Assembly (NCBI RefSeq): GCF_004010195.1
Contig: NC_057711.1
Location: 72,633,226 to 72,697,225, forward strand
Direction of reading: 5' to 3'
Origin: Chiloscyllium plagiosum
Lineage: Eukaryota
DNA length: 64,000 bases
Shown piece by piece: positions 13,353 to 27,832 of the stretch. Below the pieces are notes generated by a model, which did no database searches, was not told where the DNA came from, and worked only from the letters and a program-made list of their open reading frames with translations. Both the position numbers and the translations under genes were made by a program. The first letter of the stretch is position 1; every line of letters begins with the position of its first letter.

Positions 13353-15552
13353 AATAAATGTGTCCCTCACACTTTCATAACTTCATTCTTCAGATATAAG
13401 GCCCAGGTTTCAGAATGATTCAATGCACAATGTTAAACCCTATCATATTATTGTCACCATTTCTCAAAGTCTCCTTTACAGCAATGTTATTAGCTTTATT
13501 TCATTACACGAAAATAAATCCAAAACCTGTGGCTTGTACCACTTCGAATAATAGGAGCAGATACATGAGAGCACTATCACCTGTAAGTTTGCCTGTAAGC
13601 CACAGATCATTCGGACTTGAAATCATGCTGCCATTCCTTCACTGCTGCTGGATTGAAATCTTGGAACTCCCTCCAAAGCAGCACTGTGTGTGCACATATC
13701 CCACATGGATTGCAGCAGTTAAAGAATAAATGGATTGCCAATATATATAAATGCCAGCAATTCCCAGATACATCAGTAACCACAATATCAGTTCCCAGTC
13801 ACTGCTGCAGGCCAGCCAGTATGTAGCAGTGCCAGTGCCCAGCTTGGGGAGATTCGTGGCAGGAAGAGCATCTGAATATAAGACAACCTGCCAAAACTAA
13901 AATGAAGGTTGTTGTGAAGAAGTGAGTAGACAGTAATGCGGCAAGCACCATGTAGTATGATAAAAGCTGAAAGAGAAATGAAGGAAGGAAGGATAGAATA
14001 TCAAGTGGGCTCTGGTACACAGTTATGATTTATGCCACCAAATTTCTTCTCTTGTCTCCAGTCCGAGGTAAATTATTTAAATACTCAATAGCAAAATGAG
14101 AAAATCTGGATCAGTTGAATTTGATTGAATAGTTGTTGTAAACTGAAGAAGAGTCACATTAATTATTTTGAAATGCAAACAAATGTTAACGAGAATGGCT
14201 TGCTTAAATCAGAGTGCACAACCCTTCTGCAAACTGATTAAGTCTTCATTTATAAAGTACACCAAAGCTTAATTAATTGTGTTTTTTTGCGTTCAAATTA
14301 TTGGTGGTGCAAAACAAAATGTCTTTCAGATTGTCTATTACCGATATCAGTTGGAGAATCTCTGACCTTCTCTGTTTAGGAAGAATTTAATTTTCTGTCA
14401 GCTAACTTGATGTGACTTGAGTTCTGATGAATTGGAAGAGAACTATCAGAACCGTCAATACTTATATCTGCATAATAGTCTTCAATATGAACATAAATAA
14501 ACATAGCCTTGATAGACTCTTGAACTTAAGTTAATACACACGTCTCTGCTGAATTGAAGAAAATGAGAACAATGAGTAATGTGACACTGTAATGAATGAA
14601 AAGCAATGTCGGCAGTTCTAAAATTACATTTTGACACGATGAAACTATTCAATGCCTTTTTTTTTGTTTTAGAAATGAGCATTGAACCAAGGTGGAATTT
14701 TGAATAGATCCAAACAAGATTGTAAAAGATTACAATCTAAATCAACATATTTTTAAAAAAAATGTTGTTTAGCTTTAGATGTTTGAATAATCTTTGAAAC
14801 ATTTCTGGCAAGGATCTGTGCATGTTGTAATCACTCTGTAGGTGCGATCACTGGTGTTTTTGGTCTTTTACACATTTTCAAAGAAATAAAACTAATGATA
14901 ATTGTTATGTTGTTAGCTCAGTCATGCAGTCTGGTAATCTGAATGACTGTAAGAACATATACAATATGCGTTGTCTTTTAAATACCTGTCAGCCATTTGC
15001 AAACAGTTTCTCTTTATGTATGCCAGTATGACATACCTATTTTTCTTACTGCTGTTTTTTTTCTAAAATGATTGTATGACATTTTTTTCTCCTTAGCACA
15101 TTAATGCAAACACTTTGAGCTGGCACAATGCTACCTTTCACACTGGATGTTTCTAACACATTTCTGTTTGTGCTTTCTGTCCTATATCTTCACAATGACA
15201 TGCTGGTGGTAACCTATATTACTCAAATATTCAAGGAAGTGAATACTTTAATTCAAGATTGCTGTTATTAATAATGCTGGATGAGATACCTCAGCTAATC
15301 AATAGTAAATCACAGCATTATATCAGCCAGCATGCAGCATATATCAGTGATGCTAAGAAAAAAATATACCAGTGATGCTAAAACTATCTACAACATTAAA
15401 TCAAACTCTTAAATATTCAAAGATATTTTGACCAGATCAGGTTGGGTTATGAACATGTGATTATAGTTTTCAACTCTCCAACAATTATGTGCATCAGCCG
15501 TTTCAGTTGGCTTTATATCATTCTGCTCCTCTGAAGTCTTATTGCTCCAAGC

Positions 15553-15761
15553 GGAGAAAGTGAGGTCTGCAGATGCTGGAGATCAGAGCTGAAAATGTGT
15601 TGCTGGAAAGGCGCAGCAGGTCAGGCAGCATCCAGGGAACAGGAGAATCGACGTTTTGGGCATAAGCCCTTCCTGAAGAAGGGCTTATGCCCGAAACGTC
15701 GATTCTCCTGCTCCTTGGATGCTGCCTGACCTGCTGCGCCTTTCCAGCAACACATTTTCAG
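15553..15761. mobile_element. PLE pLTR fold-back insertion, 15-bp target duplication
   Basis: cttattgctccaagc at 15538-15552 and 15762-15776; intact hammerhead core at 15673-15700. Confidence 0.88.
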
Positions 15762-17675
15762 CTTATTGCTCCAAGCACCAATATAACTCAAAGTGCCAAT
15801 GATATCCTTTGTCATTGTGTCCATGTCATGCTAGTTTTCTTTGTCCTCTCTGGCATCTCATTGATGCTTAACATAGCTGCACAGTCTACCTTTCTCCCCT
15901 GCTCCTCCTTGATGGCCCATCCCTGCAGGATTGAATTTATATGTGCCACACGAATTCAGAAAATGTAAGGAAATATTAATGGGTTAACATTGATCTGGGT
16001 AATAAATGCACAGTACTGTGACCATGGAAAACTTGGTACTCCTGAATTTTATGGAGGGTTTCATAAGATTAAAGTTAGTAGACTTTGTGACCAAAATGTG
16101 ACACAGTTAATAGGAGACAGAATCAAGGAAGTACAGTGGAATCTGAGGTTCTCACAGAGAGGAAATAATTTGCCAGTGACTTTTGATAGTTTTTTGAGCT
16201 TACCTTGGCTGCCTTTGTCCTAGCTAATAGACCTTACTAGGTTGAATGGTGCCAACAAAGGAGTCTTTGTGGGTTCCTGCTGCAGTGCATCTTTGCAGAT
16301 GATACACACTGGCGCCATTGTGCATCGATGACGGAAGTTGAAGGTGATGGATGGGGTACCGATCAAGCACGTTGTTTCCCCTGAATGGTGTTCAACCTCT
16401 TGTGCATTGCTGAAGCTGCACTCATTCAAGCAAGTGAAGAGCATTCCATCACACTCCTCGCTTATGCTTTGTGGATGATGGTCAGGATTTGAGATGCTCA
16501 CTGCAGAATTCCCAGCTTAATAATTAGGTGATTTTGTTTAGCTAGTATAGAAATTAACTGAAAATTTATTGGACAGCTACCATTCTTGGTTTAATAAGAA
16601 AAACTCTGCTGAGGCCGAGAACTGGATCAGATGAGATTTGGGAGCGTTTATTCTGACAATACATTAAAGCAGCTATGTTAATTACATTTAAACTGTGCAT
16701 TTAAAATGTAATGCTTTGTAATCATTTCAACACTTGTTAACATTTTATTAGTAATTATTGAATTCAACTATAATATTGAGAAACAATGGGAAATAGCTGA
16801 AAAGTAAAGCTCAGCTTGTGGTTGATACTTGTTAGTTTTTTTTTTCATTTTAATGTTTGAATATAAAACATATTCACTTGGCGTCAATGACTGACATCAC
16901 AGTAACACAGGCACATAGCACTGACACAAGATCAGCTTTTAATAATCTATCTCCTGTTCCAAGAGCCAGTGTGTACTGACCTGGGAGTTAGCGGGGAATA
17001 TTAAGATGATCTAGAGACATAAAGAAAACTCAGAGGATTAAAAATAAAATGAAATTTTACCACATGGGTGAGAAAACTGGGGTCATACAGTAATCGTAAT
17101 GGACTGAACGGCTCCTTTGAGAAAAGGTGTATTGGATGTGGCAATGATTCAATGTATCTGAATATTTCAAATTATTCCCTCACATGGGAACACTGCTAAA
17201 TTCTTGTACTGCAATTTTAAATTGGGGAGTGGCCACTTTTGCGAAGCTGAGTTTTGGCAAAAAATAAACTGGAAACAGCTACTTGGTGGTAAGCTGGTTA
17301 TAGAACAGTGAGAAGTATTCAAGGAAAAGACAGTGTTCAAATGAAATATGTTACCGTAGCACTCTCCCAGATGACCGTTCCTGGTCATTAGGGTATTTGC
17401 CACCTCTACCTGGGTATGATATTGGATAAAGTGTTGTTTGAGGTAGCTCACTGCCACCAGTTCTGCTTTGTCCTTGCTTTGCCATGCACTATTAACTTGT
17501 GGTAGATAATATACCCCTCAGGAGTATCCACCGAATGTTCTTAGATAACAAGAGGATTCATTTTCGGATAGCAATAAGTGCAACTACATTTATTCAGACA
17601 TAATTTCAAGGGCAGAAACAGAAAATGTTTGCAAAACAGCAGGTCTGACAGCATCTGTTGGGGAGAAATGCAATA

Positions 17676-17953
17676 GGATGGCATGGTGACTCAGTGGTTA
17701 GCACTGCTACCTCACAGCACCAGGGTTCCCAGTTCAATTCCAGCCTCAGGTGACTGTCTGTGCGGGGTTTGTACATTCACCCCATGTCTGCATGGCTTTG
17801 CTCTGGTTTCCTCCCACAGTCCAAAGATGTGTAGGTCAGGTGAATTAGCCATGTTAAATTGCCCATAGTGCTTGGTGCATTAGTGAGAGGGAAATGGCTC
17901 TGGGTGGATTACTCTTTGGAGGGTTGGTGTGGGCCTGTAGGAAACCTAATCTT
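17676..17953 (+). mobile_element. HE1-like SINE inserted in an older PLE-derived terminus
   Basis: ggcatggtgactcagtggttagcactg head; same core as the other copies. Confidence 0.85.
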
Positions 17954-18599
17954 ATGTTTCAACTCCAGTGACCATACATTAAGTCCCCTCAGATGGTGCT
18001 GGACTTGTTGAGTTTCGCCATGAATTTCTGTTTTTGCTTCAGATCTCCAACATTATTGTAATTACTAGGAACTTGGGAAGTGATTGGGAAGGATACAGCC
18101 AGGCCATTTTGGACTGAGGGGAACGGAAATTTATTCAGTCAAGGCTGGTGAATTCTTGCTCTGTCGAAGAAGGTGTGGAGACCTGGTCAATGAATATGTT
18201 TAAGAAAGAAATAGATAGATTCCTAAAGATTAAAGGTCTGAAAGAGTGTGGTATTGAGATAGGGGGTTAGTCATGATCTTGTTGGATTGTGGAGTGGGCT
18301 CAATGGCCTTAAACCTGCTGCGACTCTCTATGTCTCTGTGATGGAATGAATTTGAGTGACGAGAGCTTTTCCAAGGTGTGCAGCAGCCTTAGCTGACAAG
18401 TCCACTGAGGCCCATCTCAACTTCAGGAGCAGCTTGCACCATCTTTTATGGTTTTCACAAATGGCGTGGTGAGATTCTCATGAGGCTGTGGCAAGTTGTC
18501 AATTCACAGGGATTAATGCCTGTTGAATGCCTTGCCAGCACCACAACTTGCCTCACTAATATTCAAACTTCAACCTTACCAACCTCGCCAAGTCAGCTA

Positions 18600-19063
18600 G
18601 ACGCCTGGAAAACCTGGCACAGCCCAAGGTCCCAAATCGAAGTACAGACGCTGGCTCTGGCTGAGGTCTTCTGCGTCAGCAGTGGAGGAGCCTGGAACCA
18701 GGACCACTGTGACTGATGACCGGCAACAGTGTCTGAAGGAGTGTTGGAGGTGGAGCAGGAGGAATGAGACCAAGCCCATGGCTCCAGCTAGGACGCGGAA
18801 GTTCTGGGAATGGCGCCGATGGCGGAGAGGGGCCAGTAACCAACATCCCAGAGCTCGTTGCTGAGACACGGCCAACGTCAAACAGTGAACAGAGGAGTAG
18901 CAGAGGGTAACAAGGAGAAGAGGGAAAGATTGCAGTACAAGCTTGCATTATATGCAACGTTTCAAGGTGGTACCAGATCATGGCAACACTTTGCGTTTTG
19001 CAAGTGACAAAACACTTTGCACTGTATTTTTATATGCAAGTGACAATAAATCTAAATCTAATC
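18600..19063 (+). mobile_element. GC-rich non-autonomous element ending in a Rex1/Babar-like tail
   Basis: Ends aacactttgcactgta...gtgacaataaatctaaatctaatct; CpG-richer than its flanks; 5' boundary uncertain. Confidence 0.4.
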
Positions 19064-20537
19064 TGGAAGCATCCTGGACCATGAGGGTTCTTAGAGGATG
19101 GTACATCTCAGATGCCAATGACTGTGCCAATGTTTGTGGCTGGACTGAGCTATGAGATGGTAGTGCCTGGTTTCCCACAGGGAGATCATTCAGAGCAGGG
19201 GCATTCTGAATCACCAGGTGCTCAATCTGGTTTCCCTGTCAACTTTTCTCAACATCTACCTTGTTCAGTGCATTTGGTAAGGTAGCAAGCTGAATATTAA
19301 TGAATTGAGTTAGGCTGTTTATAAAGTGTTTCAGAAGGAGTAATCTTCTTTCATTGGGAAATTTTCACCTCCTAGTGAGAAACTTTCCACATCGCTTGTG
19401 AAAAACATAAAAAATGAAGCAAGGTGCTCCCAAAGTTGAGATCAGCTTCATGGATTTCTCATGTGATTCTTCTACAAATCTCACCAGTGCCCACAGCACT
19501 CAGTCTGCTGTAAGATTTCATCACGTCCCGTTGCAATGTACACCACAATCTCACTTGATTTTGTTTTCAGTTGCAAACAGTATTTTAGCTATATAGCAAT
19601 ATTTGATTTCCATTCCAGTTTATAGTCCAAAAATGAAAAATATGTGGTCCCTTATACCAAATAAAAACTGAAAGAACAGCGGATGCTGTAAATCAGAAGC
19701 AAAAATAGGAATTGCTGGAAAAGTTCAGCAGGTCAGGCAGCATCTGTGGAGACAAATCAGAGTTAACTCATTCTGAGGTAGGATTACTGGACACAGAATG
19801 TTAACTCTTCTTTTGTGGTTCTGTTTTTGTTTCTGCTTCCTTATACTGATTTTCTATGTTTGGATCAAGACAGTTAGGAGATCTGGAACAGGGGACCTTG
19901 GTGAAATTGAAAAGTGCCATTGTTGAACTGAACATTGCTGAGTAAGTGCTATGTGATATTACTGTAAACAACTCCTCCCATCACTTAGTGATAATCAGAT
20001 TCCACTGAGAGGACTGTAATTGACCAGGTGGAATTTGTTCTGTTTGTTGTGGGTAGGACATATGGCTGCACTCAGGAGCCGACTCAGAAGCAGCACAATG
20101 TTTCAAATATAGTTACACACACACACATATATATATATGTACATATGAATAGTATAAAAGGGTTAAACAAAGTAGAAATTATTTTTAACATTTAAAAATT
20201 GACTTTATATTGAGCATGTTCATGCATATGTATCTGAAAAAACAAAACATAAGCATGCATAGTCAACACTCAACATAGGATTGTTGGTGTCGGCGAATAT
20301 ATCAAGGGCATACCTGGACAATTTTTCTATTCAATGCCAGTTTTGTAGCTGTACTGGAAATGTTTGGTTAGCAGGCACTGTTTATTCTGGAGATCAGGGA
20401 TTCAGTACTATTGTCTAAGTTGTCATAGCTCATGAGCTTTGCATTTTCCAATGCAGTTACAGATACTACAGATTTAAAGAAGCTTATAAGCTTGGAAAAA
20501 ATAATAGCAAGCCTAAGGATTGTGAGAGCTTTAGAAG

Positions 20538-20684
20538 GAGAAAGTGAGGACTACAGATGCTGGAGATCAGAGTCAAGAGTGTGTTGCTGGGGAAGCACAA
20601 AAGGTCAGACAGCATCCGAGGAGAAGGGGAATCGACGTTTCGGGCATAGGTCCTTCATCAGGGACCCAGCAACACACTCTCGAC
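20538..20684. mobile_element. PLE pLTR insertion, 15-bp target duplication
   Basis: tgagagctttagaag at 20523-20537 and 20685-20699. Confidence 0.85.
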
Positions 20685-20985
20685 TGAGAGCTTTAGAAGC
20701 CAGTAAAGGGTAGCCAAAAGTTCATGACATGGAAAATATGCAACATGAGAGCATGCCAGCCAAGAATATTACAACAGATTGAAAGTGTTTCAAGGTAAAG
20801 GAAGAGAGTAGTTAAAATAAACATTGATCTATTAAAAACAGAGAAAGGAAAGGCTAACAGAAGGAAACAAGGAAACTTAGGACACATCAAACAGATGTTT
20901 TTGTATCTGTCCGCACACTCGAAGACTATTTTGTAAAGTAGAATAGATAAATCGTGATAAAAGAATGAAGACATATATATATATA

Positions 20986-22777
20986 TATAGAGTCATAGAG
21001 ATGTGCAGCATGGAAACAGACCCTTCGGTTCAACCTGTCCATGCCGACCAGATATCCCAACGCAATCTAGTCCCACCTGCCAGAACCCCGCCCATATCCC
21101 TCCAAACCCTTCCTATTCATATACCCATCCAAATGCCTCTTAAATGTTGCAATTGTACCAGCCTCCACCACATCCTCTGGCAGCTCATTCCATACACATA
21201 ACACCCTCTACGTGAAAATGTTGCCCCTTAGGTCTCTTTTATATCTTTCCCCTCTCACCCGAAACCTATGCCCTCTAGTTCTGGACTCCCCGACGCCAGG
21301 GAAAAGACTTTGTCTATTTATTCAATCCATGCCCCTCATAATTTTCGAAACCTCTAGAAGGTCACCCCTCAGCTTCCGACGCTCCAGGGAAAACAGCCCC
21401 AGCCTGTTCTGCATCTCCTTATATCTCAAATCTTCCAACCCTGGCAACATCCTTGTAAATCTTTTCTGAACCCTTTCATATTTCACAACATCTTTCCGAT
21501 AGGAAGGAGACCAGAATTGCACGCAATATTCCAACAGTGGCCTAACCAATGTCCTGTACAGCCTGTACCTCTTATGCTCGCATCCAAATCATTTATGTAA
21601 ATGACAAAAAGTAGAGGACACAGCACCGATCCTTGTGGCACTCCACTGGTCACAGGCCTCCAGTCTGAAAAACAAACATCCACCTACCCTCTGTCATATA
21701 TCTTTGAGCCAGTTCTGTATCCAATTGGCTAGTTCTCCCTGTATTCCATGAGATCTAACCTTGCTAATTAGTCTTCCATGGGGAACCTTGTCGAACGCCT
21801 TACTGAAGTCCATTTAGATCACATCTATTGCTCCGCCCTCATCAATCTTCTTTGTTACTTCTTCAAAAAACTCAATCACGTTTGTGAGACATGATTTCCC
21901 ACGCACAAAGCCAAGTTGACTAACCCCAAATCAGTCCTTGCCTTTCCAAATACATGTGCATCCTATCCCTCAGGATTCCCTCCAACAAGTTGCCCACCAC
22001 TGAGATCATGCTCACTGGTCTATAGTTCCCTGGTTTGTCTTTACCGCTTTTCTTAAACAGTGGCACCACATTTGCCAACCTCCAGTTTTCCGGCACCTCA
22101 TCTGTGACTATCGATGATACAAATGTCTCAGCAAGAGGCCCAGCAATCACTTCTCTAGCTTCCCACAGAGTTCTCAGGTACCCCGTATCAGGTCCTGGGG
22201 ATTTATCCACCTTCAACCATTTCAAGACATCCAGCACTTCCTCCTCTGTAATCTGGACATTTTGCAAGATGTCACCATCTATTTCCCTACAGTCTATGTC
22301 TTCTATATCCTTTTCCACAGTAAATACTGATGCAAAATATTCATTTAGTTTCTCCCCATTTTCTGTGGCTCCACACAAAGGCCGCCTTGCTGATCTTTGA
22401 GGGACCCTATTCTCAGCTGAAAATGTGTTGCTGGAAAAGCGCAGCAGGTCAGGCAGCATCCAGGGAACAGGAGAATCGACGTTTCGGGCATAAGCCCTTC
22501 TTCAGGAATCAGAGCTTATGCCCGAAACGTCAATTCTCCTGTTCCCTGGATGCTGCCTGACCTGCTGCGCTTTTCCAGCAACACATTTTCAGCTCTGATC
22601 TCCAGCATCTGCAGACCTCACTTTCTCCTCAAGGACCCTATTCTCACCCTAGTTACCCTTTTGTCCTTAATATATTTGTAAAAACCCTTTGGATTCTCCT
22701 TAATTCTATTTGCCAAAGCTATCTCAGGTCCACTTTTTCTTGCCCTCCTGATTTCCCTCTTAAGTATACTCCTACTG
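20986..22777 (-). mobile_element. Young CR1 LINE (RT region), internally deleted, with a nested PLE fold-back
   Basis: ORFs 21920..22459 (KSPGPD...VVPLFKK...NYRPVS), 21483..21683 (SGVPQGSVL) and 21322..21549. Confidence 0.92.
22416..22632. mobile_element. PLE pLTR fold-back insertion, 14-bp target duplication
   Basis: ggaccctattctca at 22402-22415 and 22633-22646; hammerhead core at 22478-22505 (-). Confidence 0.88.
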
Positions 22778-23246
22778 TATGCGACAGATAACAATTAGCT
22801 TTGGTAAAGGTGGAGGAGTAGCACAGTTAAACAAAATGGCATCTGTGTAAGATGTGGAGATGGCATTGGTTCAGAAGATAAGGAATTAGAATTGGTTTGG
22901 GAGTTCATAGAATGATTTCTGCTTGAAACAGCACATTTTGGTGCGAACCAGTCAGCATGTTGTGTCAGATTTAGCATTGTGATGTATGGTTTGTGATTTA
23001 TATATATTTTAATATAATTTATTTTAGACTTTTACACATTGAATTATGGAATATTTCTAAATATTATTTCAACTAACAAGTGGGGCTTCTGTGTATTCAA
23101 AGGTATTTAAAGATTAACTTGTATGTATTTCTAAAGTGATGATGATGTTCTTTTAAAACTCAGTTTTAAAGAAAGACTTTGTGGGAGAGTAATACAAATT
23201 TTGCTTACATTGGGAGAGTTTACAAGTGAATAAAATTAACAATGCA

Positions 23247-24557
23247 TACCCGAGAACTCTGTGGGAAGCTAGAGAAGTGATTGCTGGATCTCTTGCTGAG
23301 ATATTTGCATCATCGATAGCAACAGGTGAGGTGCGGGAAGACTGGAGGTTGGCAAACGTGGTGCCACTGTTTAAGAAGGGCGGTAAAGACAAGCCAGTGA
23401 ACTATAGACTGGTGAGCCTGATCTCAGTGGTGGGCAAGTTGTTGGAGGGAATCCTGAGGGATAGGATGTACTTGTATTTGGAAAGGCAAGGACTGATTCG
23501 AGGTAGTCAACATGGCTTTGTGCATGGGAAATCATGTCTCACAAACTTGATTGAGTTTTTTGAAGAAGTAACAAAGAAGATTGATGAGGGCGGAGCAATA
23601 GATGTGATCGATATGGACTTCAGTAAGGCGTTCGACAAGGTTCCCCATGGGAGACTGATTAGCAAGGTTAGATCTCATGGAATACAGGGAGAACTAGCCA
23701 TTTGGATACAGAACTGGCTCAAAGGAGAAGACAGAGGGTGGTGGTAGAGGGTTGTTTTTCAGACTGGAGGCCTGTGACCAGTGNNNNNNNNNNNNNNNNN
23801 NNNNNNNNNNNNNNNNNNNNNNNNNNNNNNNNNNNNNNNNNNNNNNNNNNNNNNNNNNNNNNNNNNNNNNNNNNNNNNNNNNNNNNNNNNNNNNNNNNNN
23901 NNNNNNNNNNNNNNNNNNNNNNNNNNNNNNNNNNNNNNNNNNNNNNNNNNNNNNNNNNNNNNNNNNNNNNNNNNNNNNNNNNNNNNNNNNNNNNNNNNNN
24001 NNNNNNNNNNNNNNNNNNNNNNNNNNNNNNNNNNNNNNNNNNNNNNNNNNNNNNNNNNNNNNNNNNNNNNNNNNNNNNNNNNNNNNNNNNNNNNNNNNNN
24101 NNNNNNNNNNNNNNNNNNNNNNNNNNNNNNNNNNNNNNNNNNNNNNNNNNNNNNNNNNNNNNNNNNNNNNNNNNNNNNNNNNNNNNNNNNNNNNNNNNNN
24201 NNNNNNNNNNNNNNNNNNNNNNNNNNNNNNNNNNNNNNNNNNNNNNNNNNNNNNNNNNNNNNNNNNNNNNNNNNNNNNNNNNNNNNNNNNNNNNNNNNNN
24301 NNNNNNNNNNNNNNNNNNNNNNNNNNNNNNNNNNNNNNNNNNNNNNNNNNNNNNNNNNNNNNNNNNNNNNNNNNNNNNNNNNNTACAATTGCAACATTTA
24401 AGAGGCATTTGGATGGGTATATGAATAGGAAGAGTTTGGAGGGATATGGGCCGGGAGGTGGCTGGTGGGACTAGATTGGGTTGGGATATCTGTTCAGCAT
24501 GAATGGGTTGGACCGAAGGATCTGTTTCCATCATGTACATCTCTATGACTCTATGAC
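23247..24557 (+). mobile_element. Young CR1 LINE RT and 3' end spanning an assembly gap
   Basis: ORF 23226..23747 (QHGF...SCLTNL...DFSKAFDKVPH); ctctatgactctatga tail. Confidence 0.92.
23784..24383. other. Assembly gap (N run); further gaps at 49210-49279 and 55009-55019
   Basis: Runs of N. Confidence 1.
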
Positions 24558-24576
24558 CCTATTAGACTTTCATAAA

Positions 24577-24896
24577 ATCATAGAATCCCTACAGTGTGGA
24601 AGTAGGCCATTCAGCCCATTGAATACACACTGACCTTCCAAAGAGCATCCCACCCAGACCCTATAAACCTGAATCTCCCATGGCTAATCTATCGAGAATG
24701 CACATCCCTGGACAATTTAATATGGCCAGTTCACTAAACCTGCATGTCTTTGGAAACTGAAGCATCTGGAGGAAACTCACACAGACACAGGGAGAATGTG
24801 CAGACTCCACACAGACTGTCACCTGAGGCTGGAATCGAACCCAGATCCCTAGTGTCGTGAGGCAGCAGCATTAACCATTGAGTCACTGTGCCAGCC
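24577..24896 (-). mobile_element. HE1-like SINE
   Basis: Same head and core as 12930-13243. Confidence 0.85.
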
Positions 24897-26449
24897 TGAC
24901 TGAAGATTTTCGGACAAAATGTTTTAGAATTTTTAGACGCCAATGGATAGGAGAAAAAAAAACGCTTTTTAATTTCATTTTGCCACCATTTTCCAGAACT
25001 CTTGTCTGAAGCTGAATGTATGAACTATTGCTCCTGAGAAAGGGAGGTAGTTTAGCACTGTTAAGAAATGGATTACTTCAGTGTGAATTCAACTTAAAAA
25101 TTCCAGACCAGAAATATTTGGTTATAACCTTGATGGAATTACTTAAAACTCAGTTCTATGAAGATTCCCAACATGGGAAATTGAAGTTTGGATAGATTAA
25201 AGCCGATTGACATTAAAGAAAAGGGAATTCTCTCTGGTATGAGTAGTGCAAAGGAACGTCTTTGGGTTTAATGGGTTGTATTTTATCATGTGTTTTGAAA
25301 TATTTAAATTTGTATTATATGTAAATAATTCAGTGTATTCATTTCACCTTCATTCCTTTCGCATAATAAACTTCAGTTTAAGTTTTAGCCCTAATTTGAT
25401 GCATTGCTCCTTGTGTTTAGTGAAAAATGAAATAAAACAAGAAAAAGTATGATCTATCAAGACAGAATTAAATCTAGAATCTGACTTACTTGTAATAACA
25501 TAAACTTGAATCATAACAGTACTTTGTAAGGTAGCAGGATAAGTATTGACATCAGAGTTATGGCAACCGTATGTAACGGTGACCTCAATATGATTTTACA
25601 TCCAATATGAGAGGGAGAAAATTGGGAATAAGACTAATGTCTTAAACCTAAATAAGGGCAGCTAGTTTGCCATGACAGCTGAAGTAGCTGAAGTGAATTA
25701 CTGTATTAGACTAGGGGATAGATCAGTACAGATATAATGGAAGAATTTAAGGGGATATTTCAGAAAGTTCAGGATAGATATATTACAACTGCAAAGAAAA
25801 AATGCTAAAGGAAGGGGTTTACCATTCACGGTGAGTTAAAGAATTTAGAGGAAGCATCAATGTTAAGGAAAAAGCATTTAATTGCACAAAGACGAGTGGC
25901 TGGTCAGATGATTGGTCAGAATACAAAGAACGGCAGATAATGGCTAAACTGTAAATGGGAGGAAGAATCACTGAAAATAAGAGTAGGATTGGGCCACTCT
26001 GCTCTTTGAGCCTGCTCTGCAAGTGTCGAACAAGTTACAGTTTAATAGGAAGCTAGCTAGGCATTTAAAAATAGACAGTTAGAGTTTCTACAGGTAGGTA
26101 AAAAAAAATGAATAAGTAAAATACATGTTGATTCTCTGGAAATTAAGAGTGGAAAATTAGTAGTAAATAATAAGGAAATGGAAGATGGAATTAATAAATA
26201 TTTACTTCTATCTTCATAATAGAAGATCCAAAAAGTAATAGCTTTAAATTATGAGATGGAAGAAGAGAGCAGAATCTGGCAAAATTACAATCACGAAGCA
26301 AGTGATACGAAACAAACTGATGGAGCTGTGGGCTGACAAGTCTCTGAATTCAAATGACCTTCATTCTGGAGTCCTAAAGGGCTGGATGGCAGTAAATAGA
26401 GAATGTGCATACATGAGCCTTTGTCTAATTAGCAGGACGAGAATTAGTG

Positions 26450-26764
26450 TCCCTACAGTGTGGAAACAGGACCTTTGGCTCAACAAGTCCACACCGACCC
26501 TCCGAAGAGTAACCCACCCAGACCCATTCCCCCGAATGATGCACCTAACCTACACATCCTTGAACACAATAGGCAATTTAACGTGGCCGGTTCACCTGAC
26601 CTGCACATCTTTGGACTATGGGAAGAAACCAGAGCATCTGGAGGAAACCCTCGCAGACACGGTGAGAATGTGCAAACTACACATAGACAGTCGCCCAAGG
26701 CTGGAATCAAACCCACGTCTCTGGTGCTGTGAAGAAGCAGAGCTAACCACTGAGCCACCGTGCT
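26450..26764 (-). mobile_element. HE1-like SINE
   Basis: Head and core match the other copies. Confidence 0.88.
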
Positions 26765-26878
26765 CCATGAATGTAATGAGTGCAGTCTCACAGGAATCTA
26801 TGCTGGGGAATCACTTTATTATAATTACATCAGTGACTTTGATGAAGAGCATAAAAACATGAAAGGTAAATTTGCAGT

Positions 26879-27832
26879 TGCGAGCATAAGAGGTATGGTT
26901 AGTAAGTTTGCAGATGACACCAAAAGTAGAGGTGTGGTGGGCAGCGAAGAAGGTTATCTCGGATTACAACAGGATCTTGACCAGATGGACCAATGGGCTG
27001 AGTAGTGGCAGATAGAGTTTAATTCAGATAAATGCGAGGTGATGCATTTTGGGAAAGCAAATCTTAGCATGATTTATGCACTTAAGGGTATGGTCCTAGG
27101 GAGTGTTGCTGAACAAAGAGACCTTGGAGTGCAGTTTCATAGCTCCTTGAAAGTGGAGTCGCAGGTAGATAGGATAGTGATAAAGGTGTTTGGTATGCTT
27201 TCCTTTATTGGTCAGAGTATTGAGTACAAGAGTTGGGAGGTCATGTTGCGGCTGTACAGGACATTGGTTAGGCCACTGTTGGAATATTGCGTGCAATTCT
27301 AGTCTCCTTCCTATCAGAAAGATGTTGTGAAACTTGAAAGGGTTCAGAAAAGATTTACAAGGATGTTGCCAGAGTTGGAAGATTTGAGATATAAGGAGAT
27401 GCAGAACAGGCTGGGGCTGTTTTCCCTGGAGTGTCGGAGGCTGAGGGGTGACCTTATAGAGGTTTAGAAAATTATGAGGGGCATGGATAGGATAAATAGA
27501 CAAAATCTTTTCCCTGGGGTCGGGGAGCCCAGATCTAGAGGGCACAGGTTTAGGATGAGAGGGGAAAGATATAAAAGAGACCTAAGTGGCAACGTTTTCA
27601 CACAGAGGGTGGTATGTGTATAGAATGAGCTGCCAGAGGAAGTGGTAGTGGCTGGTACAATTGCAACATTTAAGAGGCATTTGGATGGGTATATGAATAG
27701 GAAGGGTTTGGAGGGATATGGGCCGGGTGCTGGCAGGTGGGACTAGATTGGGTTGGGATATCTGGTCGGCATGGACGGGTTAGACCAAAGGGGCTGTTTC
27801 CATGCTGTACATCTCTATGACTCTATGACTCT
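26879..27832 (+). mobile_element. Young CR1 3' fragment
   Basis: SKFADDTK catalytic motif (ORF 26760..27005), ORF 27039..27302, ctctatga repeat tail. Confidence 0.92.

Noticed and set aside
23702..24540. Long ORFs of 200-270 aa
   Set aside because: Artefacts of translating through the N gap
22780..25520. Possible solo LTR of another element (ends ...aataaa...tcataaca)
   Set aside because: No second copy, PBS or target duplication found
26251..26862. 203-aa ORF
   Set aside because: Chance read-through of a decayed CR1 fragment into an antisense SINE
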